Source of the DNA: an uncultured Chloroflexia bacterium
Lineage (GTDB): Bacteria; Chloroflexota; Anaerolineae; Anaerolineales; UBA4823
Length of the DNA stretch: 64,000 bases
Assembly: GCA_963840255.1 (NCBI GenBank)
Contig: CAWIYB010000003.1
Span: forward strand, 193,314 to 257,313
Direction: 5' to 3'
Within the stretch, counting starts at the first letter, position 1. Each line of letters starts with the position of its first letter. The notes beneath the pieces were generated by a model. That model did not search any database, was not told the DNA's origin, and saw only the letters and a program-made list of their open reading frames with translations. Shown here piece by piece: positions 49,268-58,584 of the stretch. Made by a program: the position numbers and the translations under genes.

Positions 49268-49400
49268 ATACCTATATGGTGTGTCTTCCAGGCTTGTAGC
49301 TAGTAATATTCTAGCTGATAAGAATCCTACCGTTAATCGAAGCAGCATTCACGAGGACAGCCCTCACCCCTCCTCCTGATATAATATTCCCACATCCAGT

Positions 49401-50252
49401 GTGCGCATGAAAACCGAGGCTTCAAGCCGTCACCACCACCCTACACGGAATTTGATCAAGGACTGGCTGTTCACCGTCAACCTGTTCTTCATCCTCTATT
49501 CGCTGGTGATGCTGGCGCAATTTATGATGGGACCAGAATCCGGGCGGGTGTCCACTTTGGTATGCAAGCCGGACCCGTGGGGAAAAGTGGTCTGCACGGT
49601 GAAGATCTACGGCGTCCATAAGCTGTTCCGGCTGGACTTCTACGCCGACGATTACATCAGGACGTTTACCTCGAGTAACTTTAACCTCCACTCATACCCA
49701 GGTCACTACCTCGACGACCTGTCCCTGCCCTGGAGCGGTCACTTGGAGGCTACCACTTCATATGATCATGTGTGTGCGGTTTCCATCCAAATCCAGTCGC
49801 AGGCGGTTGACTTCGTGCCCCCCTATCAGAGCGGGTCAGCCTGTTCCCGGGCGCAAAAGATGGTCGAGCAGGCTTTTGCCGGCGACCGGACGGCGATCGA
49901 TATCCGCTTCAACGGCCTCAACCCCAACCTGTACTGGCGGCTCGCCCTGCTGGGTATCGCCAGCCTGTTGTTTCTCGCCCAATGTGCCGTCAGGCTCAAG
50001 CACCGTCAGCGTCAGAAAAACGCCCTGCGCTTGGCTGATGATCAACCGATCACAGCTCAGCCTGCAACCGTAGGCGCCTTGGCAGACTCAGGCGTGCAGC
50101 CCGCCGGAGCAGGTCTCTCAAACGGGCTAGGCAGGGTGCGGTTTGTACTGTTTTGGTGGGCGGCCGCGGCCCTGGTGATTGCATTCGCAGTACTATCAGA
50201 CTTGCTGAATGAGCTGATCAGGACGAGATTTTATGCGGGAGGATGTTTTTAA
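49401..50252 (+). CDS. membrane protein of unknown function
   Basis: G+C-rich ORF with three hydrophobic segments. Confidence 0.5.
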   Translation: MRMKTEASSRHHHPTRNLIKDWLFTVNLFFILYSLVMLAQFMMGPESGRVSTLVCKPDPWGKVVCTVKIYGVHKLFRLDFYADDYIRTFTSSNFNLHSYPGHYLDDLSLPWSGHLEATTSYDHVCAVSIQIQSQAVDFVPPYQSGSACSRAQKMVEQAFAGDRTAIDIRFNGLNPNLYWRLALLGIASLLFLAQCAVRLKHRQRQKNALRLADDQPITAQPATVGALADSGVQPAGAGLSNGLGRVRFVLFWWAAAALVIAFAVLSDLLNELIRTRFYAGGCF

Positions 50253-50860
50253 ACATTCATGACTATCAGAAACTGTATTTACAGTACCCGTTCACGAATC
50301 TAATCTGCATCCTTCCCTTCATCATTCTTATCACCCTGGGGGCGGTGCTGCAGTGGCAGCTGATCAGGACGGAGGTGCCTGTCTCCCGCTGGTGGATCGC
50401 TGCCCCCACCCTCGCCGGCTTCCCCTTGCTGATCGGGGTGGTCATCCGTACGAGCTGTAGTGATTGCTCTGCCTTCAGCTACCCCTTCTTGCTGCTGGCT
50501 CAATCCGACCAGATTGAGGGCATTGTGTGGTGGACCATATCCTATTTTCTGATCCTCGGAGGCATGCAGTGGCTGATCTTGTGGTATGCCTTACGCATTT
50601 CCATCGTCTGGTCCATCTTCCCCCTGGTAGGAGCAGCTGTGGCAGACATCCTGTTTTTCCCCATGGTTTATGTGCTGATGTTTTATCTTTCCCCGCCGCG
50701 GATCATCATTGCCAGTTCGCCGCTCATTATTTTGGTCACTGCAATACTATCGCTGTTGGCGTCCATATTTAGCCTTGTGACGGGGTTCTACCTGCACCGG
50801 GCGATCCGGAAGCGGAAGACCAGCCTTGTGCAAGCGGTGCCTGATCAGGTGGATCTGTAG
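50243..50860 (+). CDS. polytopic membrane protein of unknown function
   Basis: Overlaps the upstream gene by 10 nt. Its stop codon lies inside repeat B copy 2. Confidence 0.5.
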   Translation: MFLNIHDYQKLYLQYPFTNLICILPFIILITLGAVLQWQLIRTEVPVSRWWIAAPTLAGFPLLIGVVIRTSCSDCSAFSYPFLLLAQSDQIEGIVWWTISYFLILGGMQWLILWYALRISIVWSIFPLVGAAVADILFFPMVYVLMFYLSPPRIIIASSPLIILVTAILSLLASIFSLVTGFYLHRAIRKRKTSLVQAVPDQVDL

Positions 50861-50947
50861 GGGCGACCCACTCGATAATGTCGAGAAAAAGCGGATAACC
50901 AGGATCGTGCGCTAGAACGGAACGAGGATTATCTTGAAGGGTCGCCT
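50856..50947 (+). repeat. 92-nt MITE-like element, family B, copy 2
   Basis: See copy 1. Same orientation. Confidence 0.85.
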
Positions 50948-51174
50948 GTACAAGTAAAAAAGGCAGGCGAATATCGGATATAATAGATTTTCTTTGTGTA
51001 ATTAAAAATACTGCCAACCTGCCCTGAAGTGTAACCGTTTTTTTGAAGGTATGTCAATGTTGGCAATCAGGGGTATGAGTAGCTCACGGCAGAGAAAGCA
51101 GCGGTCATTAAAGACACTCCTGTACCCTCCTACGGATATGCATTCTCAGACTGATCGAAAGGATAAAAAGGACT

Positions 51175-52092
51175 ATGAAAATGAAAACCAGATCATTTAT
51201 TAGTATCGCAATTACCATTACTTCAGTTCTGTTGCTTATTCTCACCATGACAGCCGCTGCTCAGGGGTCGACGGACAAGGCATACAGCGGATTTGCATCT
51301 GACCTTTCAAGAGTCCGTCAAAACACAACCGGTTCAGCTTATACTGCCGAAACCTTCACTCTGGCCAACCCAAGGTATCTACCCCTTGTATACAGAGACT
51401 ATGGGGTCTGCTCAAGAACCCCCACGCTGGTTTTCCCCGGAAATGGAGGCCAGCTGGTCACCCTTAGTCCTCTGTTTACCTGGGACGACGGCAGTCATCC
51501 GGAAGCCGACGCTGTATATTTGGATGTAGCGACTGACTCTGCATTCAATAACATGTGGAACAGTTTAGCCAGCTATGCAAGTCCCGGAATTCAACAATTC
51601 CGCTTTTCCACCAACTTAAATCCAGCCACGATTTATTACTACCGCGCCTGGTTCCAATGCGGCAACCTCCAAGGTCCATTTTCAGCCACCTGGTCTTTTA
51701 GATCAGGTTCAGGCGGAGTTGTCTTGCCTGCTCCGGCTCTAATTGCACCCGCAAATGGGAGCCTGACTCCAAGCACCACCGTAACTTTACAATGGTCAGC
51801 TGTACCTGATGCCATCGAGTATCTGCTGAAGTGGGGCGAAATTGGGGGATTTTCGTACTACTTCACCTGGGTAAGCGGCACCCAGGACACGATTTCTATG
51901 GACCCAAGTAAAGTCTACGAGTGGACGGTGGCTGCGCGGAACGATTACGCCGTGGGTACTGTGTCGGAGACCTGGCAGTTCACGACACCGCCCGGGTTAT
52001 CCGATCTCTCACCTCAGACGCTAAACCCCATTTTCAGGATAGAAAATGGCACTCCAAGCATAACATTTGAGCTGCCAGCGCAGGAGAAGTAG
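51175..52092 (+). CDS. secreted protein with two Fn3-like repeats
   Basis: Signal peptide, then two similar modules (LVFPGNGG...LFTWDDG...YYYRAW and LIAPANGS...TLQWSAVPDAIEY...YEWTVAARN). Confidence 0.55.
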   Translation: MKMKTRSFISIAITITSVLLLILTMTAAAQGSTDKAYSGFASDLSRVRQNTTGSAYTAETFTLANPRYLPLVYRDYGVCSRTPTLVFPGNGGQLVTLSPLFTWDDGSHPEADAVYLDVATDSAFNNMWNSLASYASPGIQQFRFSTNLNPATIYYYRAWFQCGNLQGPFSATWSFRSGSGGVVLPAPALIAPANGSLTPSTTVTLQWSAVPDAIEYLLKWGEIGGFSYYFTWVSGTQDTISMDPSKVYEWTVAARNDYAVGTVSETWQFTTPPGLSDLSPQTLNPIFRIENGTPSITFELPAQEK

Positions 52093-52213
52093 CCTCAATC
52101 GGAGCGAGCTTAATCCTTTGCTTTCCAGCCCACTTGCAAAGAGCGTGAGTCCCCTTCCCGGCGTCCCAGATCGTTCTCCCCGACGCTCGGAATCGACCTC
52201 GCAGTGTTAACAC

Positions 52214-52240
52214 GGAGACGCCCCGCCGGGGCGTCTCTCC
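52214..52240. repeat. REP-like palindrome, family A
   Basis: GGAGACGCCCCgccGGGGCGTCTCTCC. Confidence 0.85.
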
Positions 52241-52334
52241 ACAACATGATCATAGTTCTTCCTTTGTGTCCTTAGTGTACTTCGTGGTTATCTATTTCTC
52301 TTTTTTATTCATCATTGCACAACCAGTTGGAATT

Positions 52335-52363
52335 AAAAAAGGGACGGTCATTTCAACCGTCCC
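52335..52363 (-). terminator. rho-independent terminator of groEL
   Basis: On the minus strand: GGGACGGT-tgaaatg-ACCGTCCC followed by TTTTTT. Confidence 0.75.
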
Positions 52364-52389
52364 TGCTAGCGAACTTTTAAATATTCGAC

Positions 52390-54033
52390 TTAGTAATCCA
52401 TGCCACCACCACCAGGCGGCATCATCGGGGCCTTTTCCTTCTCAGGCACGTCGGTGACGAGCGCTTCGGTGGTCAGGATCATGGCGGCGATGGAAGCTGC
52501 ATTCTCGAGCGCACCACGGGTGACCTTGGCGGGGTCGATGACACCGTCTTTGATCATGTCCACGTAGGCTTCGCTGATCACGTTGAAGCCGATGTTCTTG
52601 TTCTTCTTATCCTTCTGGGTGCGGCGGACGGTATCCAAAATGACGGAACCATCTTTGCCGGCGTTCTCGGCGATCTTGCGCATCGGTACTTCCAGCGCCT
52701 TGCGGACGATGCTGACGCCGATCTGGGCATCTTCATTGTCCATCTTCAGGCTTTCAAGGGCTTTCATGGCGTTGATCAGGGCAACTCCACCACCCGGCAC
52801 GATCCCGTCTTCGACGGCGGCACGGGTTGCAGACAGGGCGTCTTCCACGCGATGCTTCTTCTCTTTCAGCTCGGTCTCGGTGGCTGCACCCACACGGATG
52901 ATGGCGACGCCGCCCGAAAGCTTGGCCAGGCGTTCCTGCAGTTTTTCCTTGTCATAATCGCTGGTGCTTTTGTCGATCTCCACACGGATCTGGTCGATGC
53001 GGCCCTTGATCAGGGCTGCGTCACCCTTGCCACCCACCACGGTGGTGTCGTCCTTGGTGATGACCACCTTCTCGGCACGACCGAGGTCGGCGATGGTGGT
53101 GCTTTCCAGCTTGCGGCCGGTCTCTTCGGAGATCACCTGACCATTGGTCAGCACGGCGATGTCTTGCATCATAGCCTTGCGGCGGTCACCGAAACCAGGG
53201 GCTTTGACGGCGACAGCGTTGAGCATGCCGCGGATCTTGTTCAGCACCAGGGTAGCCAGGGCTTCACCGTCCACGTCCTCGGCGATGATCACCAGGTCAC
53301 GCTTGCCGATCTGCACCAGCTTCTCGAGCAGCGGGACAATATCAGCCGCGGCGGAGATCTTCTTGTCGTAGATCAGGATGTAAGCGTCTTCGATGGAGGC
53401 TTCCATGTGCTCGGGGTCGGTGATGAAATAAGGTGAGACGTAGCCACGGTCGAACTGCATACCTTCGACGTACTCGGTCTCGAATTCCAGGCCCTTGGAT
53501 TCTTCCACGGTGATGACGCCGTCTTTACCGACCTTGTCCATCACATCGGCGATCAGCTCACCGATCACACGGTCTTGGGCGGAAATGGAGGCCACATTGC
53601 CGATCTCAGCCTTGGTGGTCACTTCGATGGCATCCTCGCCAATCTGCTTGACCACGGCCTTGGTGGCGGCCTCGATGCCGTGCTTGAGCAGCATCGGGTT
53701 GAAGCCGGCAGCCAGGTTCTTCATGCCTTCGGCGACGATGGCGTGGGCGAGCACGGTGGAGGTGGTGGTTCCGTCACCGGCAATATCGTTGGTCTTGGTG
53801 GCGGCTTCCTTGAGTAATTGGGCACCCATATTCTCAAACGGGTCTTCCAGCTCAATTTCCTTGGCGACGGTGACGCCGTCATGGGTGATGGTGGGTGAGC
53901 CGAATTTGCGGTCTAACGCCACGTTGCGTCCCTTAGGACCAAGCGTGGTGGTGACGGCGGTGGCAAGGACGTCCATACCCTTGCTCAGCTTGCGGCGGGC
54001 TTCTTCAGAAAATTGCAGTTGTTTTGCTGCCAT
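52390..54033 (-). CDS. groEL: chaperonin GroEL
   Basis: [16 protein letters not shown]..., [12 protein letters not shown], and the C-terminal [11 protein letters not shown]. Confidence 0.98.
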   Translation of the reverse strand: MAAKQLQFSEEARRKLSKGMDVLATAVTTTLGPKGRNVALDRKFGSPTITHDGVTVAKEIELEDPFENMGAQLLKEAATKTNDIAGDGTTTSTVLAHAIVAEGMKNLAAGFNPMLLKHGIEAATKAVVKQIGEDAIEVTTKAEIGNVASISAQDRVIGELIADVMDKVGKDGVITVEESKGLEFETEYVEGMQFDRGYVSPYFITDPEHMEASIEDAYILIYDKKISAAADIVPLLEKLVQIGKRDLVIIAEDVDGEALATLVLNKIRGMLNAVAVKAPGFGDRRKAMMQDIAVLTNGQVISEETGRKLESTTIADLGRAEKVVITKDDTTVVGGKGDAALIKGRIDQIRVEIDKSTSDYDKEKLQERLAKLSGGVAIIRVGAATETELKEKKHRVEDALSATRAAVEDGIVPGGGVALINAMKALESLKMDNEDAQIGVSIVRKALEVPMRKIAENAGKDGSVILDTVRRTQKDKKNKNIGFNVISEAYVDMIKDGVIDPAKVTRGALENAASIAAMILTTEALVTDVPEKEKAPMMPPGGGGMDY

Positions 54034-54060
54034 AATTCAATACTCCTTCATTAACCTTGG

Positions 54061-54366
54061 TTATTTATCTTCGACAATTGCTAACAAGTCAGATTCACGC
54101 AGGATGAGCAGTTTCTTGCCATCCACCTTGATCTCGGTGCCGGAATACTTGGCGAACAGGACCACATCACCTTTTTTGACATCCATGGCGATGCGCTTGC
54201 CTTCGTCATCACGGTCACCCGGGCCAACGGCCAGGACGGTGCCTTTTTGGGGTTTTTCTTTTGCAGTTTCGGGGAGAACGATGCCGCTCGGGGTGATCTC
54301 ATCACTTTCGATGGGTTCAACCACCACGCGGCTGCCTAACGGTTTGAAATTGATGGACATAGCCAC
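54061..54366 (-). CDS. groES: co-chaperonin GroES
   Basis: [15 protein letters not shown]...[22 protein letters not shown]. Confidence 0.97.
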   Translation of the reverse strand: MAMSINFKPLGSRVVVEPIESDEITPSGIVLPETAKEKPQKGTVLAVGPGDRDDEGKRIAMDVKKGDVVLFAKYSGTEIKVDGKKLLILRESDLLAIVEDK

Positions 54367-54408
54367 CTCCTATTGTGGAATAGATTGGATTAAGAGACAG
54401 TTTGCGGT

Positions 54409-54435
54409 TTAGCACTCTTCCCGAACGAGTGCTAA
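54409..54435. promoter_or_regulatory. CIRCE operator (HrcA binding site)
   Basis: A perfect TTAGCACTC-N9-GAGTGCTAA upstream of groES. Confidence 0.9.
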
Positions 54436-54644
54436 ACCGTACTGAATAATACCCAATTTTGGGCAGGACGTCAAGAGGAAAACGCTGATTCTAACAAAAT
54501 TCTGATATTGATAAACAGGGATATCCAGGATTTTCAGGATAGGAAACATAATTTGTAGCTGTGATCGGTGATCACGGCCCGAAAAGATTACCGCTATCAA
54601 CGATAGCGGCTACAAGACCGACGGCTACAAATGATGGCGAAAGA

Positions 54645-56072
54645 TCAAGGGGTGGCGGTTTGGGAGGGTTGGGCGGTCGGAGAAGGGACATCCGACGAGG
54701 GGGTGCCCATCAGCGAGCGGCAGGTGGCTTCGTTGTCCGCCACGTTCTGCATCAGGACGGGGTCGTCGGGGTAGGTCAGGCGCAGCTGAGTCATCAGCTC
54801 GAGCGAGTGCGAGCAGTAGCCGTTATCGGGCGAGCTGAGGTAAGCCAGCACCGAACCGTAGCGCACGTAATAGTAAGCCACGTTCAGGTTGGTGAGCGGC
54901 AGGGGCTTCACATCGGCGTTTAGGGCAGCCTCCTCACCCAGGGTACCGTTTTTCACGAACTGGGCGACGGTCTCGTTGTCCTTGGCGGCGCAGCCGTCCA
55001 CGGCGCACTTCAGGGCGGGTAGGGCGGTCTCGTAGTTGCGCGCTTGCACATAGACCATGCCCAGCTGCCCGTAGGTATCGGCGTTGGAGGGGTCGAAGGC
55101 GAGGGCTTTCTCGGCATTGCGCGAGGCGATGAAGAACTCACCCTGCTGGGCGTAGGTTTTGGCGATGGCGATGTATGGGTAGGGGTCCTTGATCCCCAGC
55201 TGCTGGTTGATGGTGGCGGCTTTTTCAAAGTATTCCAGGGCGGTGTTGTACACCTGCAGCTGGCGGTAGCCGAGACCGATGCGCAAGTACAGGAAGGTGA
55301 GGTTGGGGGTGAGCTGCGAAGCCTTGATGTACTCATCGATGGCATCGCGGTAATAGCCCCAGCCCTCGAGCACGGTGCCCAGCACGCGGTGGGCATCCAT
55401 CGAGTCGGGGGCGAGCTCGACTGCCTGTTTGGCATACTGCTGAGCCTGGTCCCACTTCTGCTGGTCGAGCAGCACTTCGGCGTAGAAGGCAAGCGCCAGG
55501 GCATTCTGCGGGTCGAGCAGGTAAGCCCGCGTGGCAGACGTCTCAGCCTTGGCCAGGTAGGCCTCGCTGTCGCCGGCAGTGACCAGGTTGCTGGAGGCGT
55601 TCCAGTCCAACACGAAGGCGTAGATCGCGGCGACAGTGCTGTCATCGGGGGCCAGCTCAACCGCCTTCTCGGCCGAGGTCAGGGCGTCTTGCAGACGGTC
55701 CAGGCGTTCCTGGTCGGTGCTGAGCGTGCTGGAGGAATAGGTCTGGATGCGGGCCAGCTCAGCCCACACCAGGGCGTTGGTAGGGTCAACCTGGAGCGCC
55801 TGCTGGTAGGCACCGATGGCGTCCTGGTCGGTAGCCGGGTCATCCAGCTTACCGGCGGCAAAGTAAGCCTGGGCAGCCATGATGTAAGACTGGGGCGAGC
55901 GCGTGGGGGTGGGTGTGGGGTTGAACGGAGACTGCACCTCCCCGCGGCCCAGCGAGAGCAGCAGCCAGATGCCGCCCAGGATCAGGAAAGCCAGCACCAT
56001 GATGCGGTACGGGTTGGACTTGCTCCTGACCGGGTGGAGATTGAAGGTTTTACCGTCCTGTATCTGGCCCAT
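54645..56072 (-). CDS. TM-anchored TPR repeat protein
   Basis: The start at 56072 (MGQIQDGK...) lies 1 nt after the upstream stop codon. A TM segment IMVLAFLILGGIWLLL is followed by many TPR-like A..Y..AL..DP repeats. Confidence 0.75.
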   Translation of the reverse strand: MGQIQDGKTFNLHPVRSKSNPYRIMVLAFLILGGIWLLLSLGRGEVQSPFNPTPTPTRSPQSYIMAAQAYFAAGKLDDPATDQDAIGAYQQALQVDPTNALVWAELARIQTYSSSTLSTDQERLDRLQDALTSAEKAVELAPDDSTVAAIYAFVLDWNASSNLVTAGDSEAYLAKAETSATRAYLLDPQNALALAFYAEVLLDQQKWDQAQQYAKQAVELAPDSMDAHRVLGTVLEGWGYYRDAIDEYIKASQLTPNLTFLYLRIGLGYRQLQVYNTALEYFEKAATINQQLGIKDPYPYIAIAKTYAQQGEFFIASRNAEKALAFDPSNADTYGQLGMVYVQARNYETALPALKCAVDGCAAKDNETVAQFVKNGTLGEEAALNADVKPLPLTNLNVAYYYVRYGSVLAYLSSPDNGYCSHSLELMTQLRLTYPDDPVLMQNVADNEATCRSLMGTPSSDVPSPTAQPSQTATP

Positions 56073-56073
56073 A

Positions 56074-57210
56074 TCAGGGGGTTGCCGTCTCGGTTGCGGT
56101 GGGGGTGGCAGCCGGAGGTGTGCCGGAAGCGGTCTTGCAGTAGTCCATCCCCTGGCTGGCATTGTAATACGCCACCTGGTCTTCGGCAATATTGGTCAGG
56201 ATCAGGTGCAGGATGGGGATGGCCTCGGGGCAGCGGTCCAGCTGGGTGAGCGAGAGGGCGTAGATGGAATAGTAATCATCGGCGATGCGCCCCGGTGCCA
56301 GCGGGAGACCCTCCACCACCGTCCCGTCGGCGGTGGTGCCGCCGTGGACCACCAGGGTGAGCTCATCTGCTGCCCGGGCGTAGTCGTCATTCTGGTAGAG
56401 CATGACCCCCAGGTTGCCGTGCAGACGGGCGCTGGTCGGGTCTAGGCTGAGAGCCTGTTCAGAGAACTGGATCGCCTTGCCGTACTGACCTTCGGTGGCA
56501 TAGGTGCGTGAGATCTCGGTGAGGATATCGGGGTTGGTGGGGTTGAGCGCCACCCCGGTGAGCATCTCCTGGATGGCCTTATCATACTCGCCCTGCATCT
56601 TGTAGACCGCCCCCAGGGAGTAATGAAGGTCCCACAGCTTGTCGTTGATGGAGATGGCTGCCAGGTATTCGGAAATGGCGTCAGCGTAGTTGCCGGTGTT
56701 GAAGAGCACATAGCCGCGTGCCCGGTGGGTTTCAAGCGAGTTCGGGTCGAGCGTCTTGGCTTTCTGCGACAGGTCGATGGCGGCCTGGATGTCTTCGTAG
56801 TTGCCCTGGTCGAGCAGGATCTCGGTATAGTAGGCATAAGCCGAGGCGTTGTTCGGGTCGAGCTCGATGGCCTTGTTGACTGCCAGGGTGGCTTCGTCGA
56901 ATTTACCCAGGAAATCGAGGGCGGAAGCCTTGATGGCATATGCCATGGAGTTGTTTGGGTTGAGCAGCAGGGCATTCTCGGCATTGGTGACCGCATCCTG
57001 GTACAGCCCGGCGAAGATTTGGGTGCGGGCGAGGTCGATGAAGGTGGCAGGGTTGCGCGGGTCAGCCAGGACGGCTTGTTTGTAAGAATCGATGGCTTGC
57101 GACAGCTTGCCATCCTTGAAGAAAGCCTGGGCTTCGTTCAGCACCGACTCCTGGCTGCGGGTGGGCGTGGGAGACGCCATGAAGAGCGTGGGCATCTCAG
57201 GCACCACCAC
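56074..57210 (-). CDS. TPR repeat protein (its TM anchor is apparently detached by a frameshift)
   Basis: TPR repeats throughout. A 27-codon ORF at 57215..57298 (MKKRTRRPSNPLLIAFLVVAIGGLIYF*) in another frame matches the anchor of the downstream paralog. Confidence 0.7.
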   Translation of the reverse strand: MVVPEMPTLFMASPTPTRSQESVLNEAQAFFKDGKLSQAIDSYKQAVLADPRNPATFIDLARTQIFAGLYQDAVTNAENALLLNPNNSMAYAIKASALDFLGKFDEATLAVNKAIELDPNNASAYAYYTEILLDQGNYEDIQAAIDLSQKAKTLDPNSLETHRARGYVLFNTGNYADAISEYLAAISINDKLWDLHYSLGAVYKMQGEYDKAIQEMLTGVALNPTNPDILTEISRTYATEGQYGKAIQFSEQALSLDPTSARLHGNLGVMLYQNDDYARAADELTLVVHGGTTADGTVVEGLPLAPGRIADDYYSIYALSLTQLDRCPEAIPILHLILTNIAEDQVAYYNASQGMDYCKTASGTPPAATPTATETATP

Positions 57211-57579
57211 CTGGTTAAAAATAAATCAGCCCCCCGATGGCCACCACCAGGAAGGCGATCAGGAGCGGGTTCGAAGGGCGCCGGGTGCGCTTCTTCATGT
57301 TCAGTTTCCCGCCGCGCAGGTACATGCGTTCATATTACCACTGCCTGGAGTGAGAATCAAGAGACGTGAGAAGTAGATTAATGGTTTCTAGTTTGGTAAA
57401 TTACCGCTCGTCGAGGCAGAAATGGGCTCATGCTAAAGATTAAAAAATTGTCACCTGCGTACCTTTTTCCATAGTTATTGCGACTTATAAATAAACGTCA
57501 ATTAAATTTTCAGATTCTTCGAGAATAGCGGTAACCTGCGGATGTCTTTGCGAATAAAACAAAGAAAATGGAGGTAACT

Positions 57580-58569
57580 ATGTCTTCTGAAAATGACCGT
57601 TCGACGGAGAATGTGGCGCGCCAGAATATTAACCGCCGCAGCTTCATCAAGTTCTGCAGCCTGATGGCCGGTGCCCTTGCACTGCCTGTCACATACGTCA
57701 ACCGCATTGCCGAGGCGCTGAGTACGGCGACCCGTGTGCCTGTGGTGTGGCTGGAATTCCAAGACTGCACCGGGGACAGCGAATCGTTCCTGCGCGCAGG
57801 GAGCCGACCCGACCCGTTGCAACCTGGTGTCACTGACCCGGGACTGGTCGACCTGCTGCTCGACTTCATCTCGGTTGAATATCACGAGACGCTCATGGCG
57901 CCTTCTGGATTCGCAGCAGAGAAATCACTGAACGATGTGCTGGCGACGTATCCCAACCAATTCGTGTGTGTTGTCGAAGGTGCGATCCCACAGGCGCAGG
58001 ATGGGATCTACTGCACGATCCGCGGGCGCACAGCTTTGAGCATTGCCCAGCAGGTGCTACCCAATTCGCTGGCAACGATCGCCCTGGGCTCCTGTGCCGT
58101 GGATGGCGGGTTGGCGGCTGCGCTGCCCAATCCGACGGGTGCAGTGGGGGTGAGCGATATCCTTCCAGGACTGACCAATTTGGTCAACCTGCCCGGTTGC
58201 CCAGCCAATGTAGTCAACCTGGTAGCGACCATTGTTTACCTGATCACTTTTAACACATTACCGGATATGGATTCTGCTCGTCGCCCGTACTTTGCCTACG
58301 GAGAAGAAATACATGATGATTGCGAGCGCGAAGATTATTACGAGGAACACCAGTTTGTGCTCGAATGGGGTGACGAAGGTCACAAGAATGGCTGGTGCCT
58401 GTACAGGATGGGCTGCAAGGGTCCTGATACACGTGCTAACTGCCGGCAAGTGAAATGGAATGGCGGCACAAACTGGGATATCGGCGCCGGGCATGGCTGT
58501 ATTGGCTGTACCATGCCCCATTTCTGGGACACGATGACGCCGTTCTACCAGCCTGTAGAGGACGTTTAG
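57580..58569 (+). CDS. [NiFe] hydrogenase small subunit (Tat signal)
   Basis: RRSFIKFCSLMAGALALP, WLEFQDCTGDSES, GSCAVDGG, LPGCPAN and GHGCIGC. The ATG at 57580 follows GGAGG. Confidence 0.9.
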   Translation: MSSENDRSTENVARQNINRRSFIKFCSLMAGALALPVTYVNRIAEALSTATRVPVVWLEFQDCTGDSESFLRAGSRPDPLQPGVTDPGLVDLLLDFISVEYHETLMAPSGFAAEKSLNDVLATYPNQFVCVVEGAIPQAQDGIYCTIRGRTALSIAQQVLPNSLATIALGSCAVDGGLAAALPNPTGAVGVSDILPGLTNLVNLPGCPANVVNLVATIVYLITFNTLPDMDSARRPYFAYGEEIHDDCEREDYYEEHQFVLEWGDEGHKNGWCLYRMGCKGPDTRANCRQVKWNGGTNWDIGAGHGCIGCTMPHFWDTMTPFYQPVEDV

Positions 58570-58584
58570 AGAGGAGAATTCAAA

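Noticed and set aside
41640-49350. Prophage or integrative element bounded by a tRNA/integrase.
   Set aside because: No integrase, recombinase, phage structural gene or flanking tRNA is present. The nearest tRNAs are at 8.1 kb and 61.0 kb.
53495-54412. 305-aa plus-strand ORF.
   Set aside because: It is antisense to groEL/groES and gives a Ser/Thr/Ala-rich shadow translation.
55044-56249. 401-aa plus-strand ORF, together with other long ORFs overlapping the TPR genes (55010..55660, 56442..57113, 56623..57369).
   Set aside because: These are alternative-frame or antisense shadows of repetitive G+C-rich TPR coding sequence. Only the TPR frames give recognisable repeats and TM anchors.
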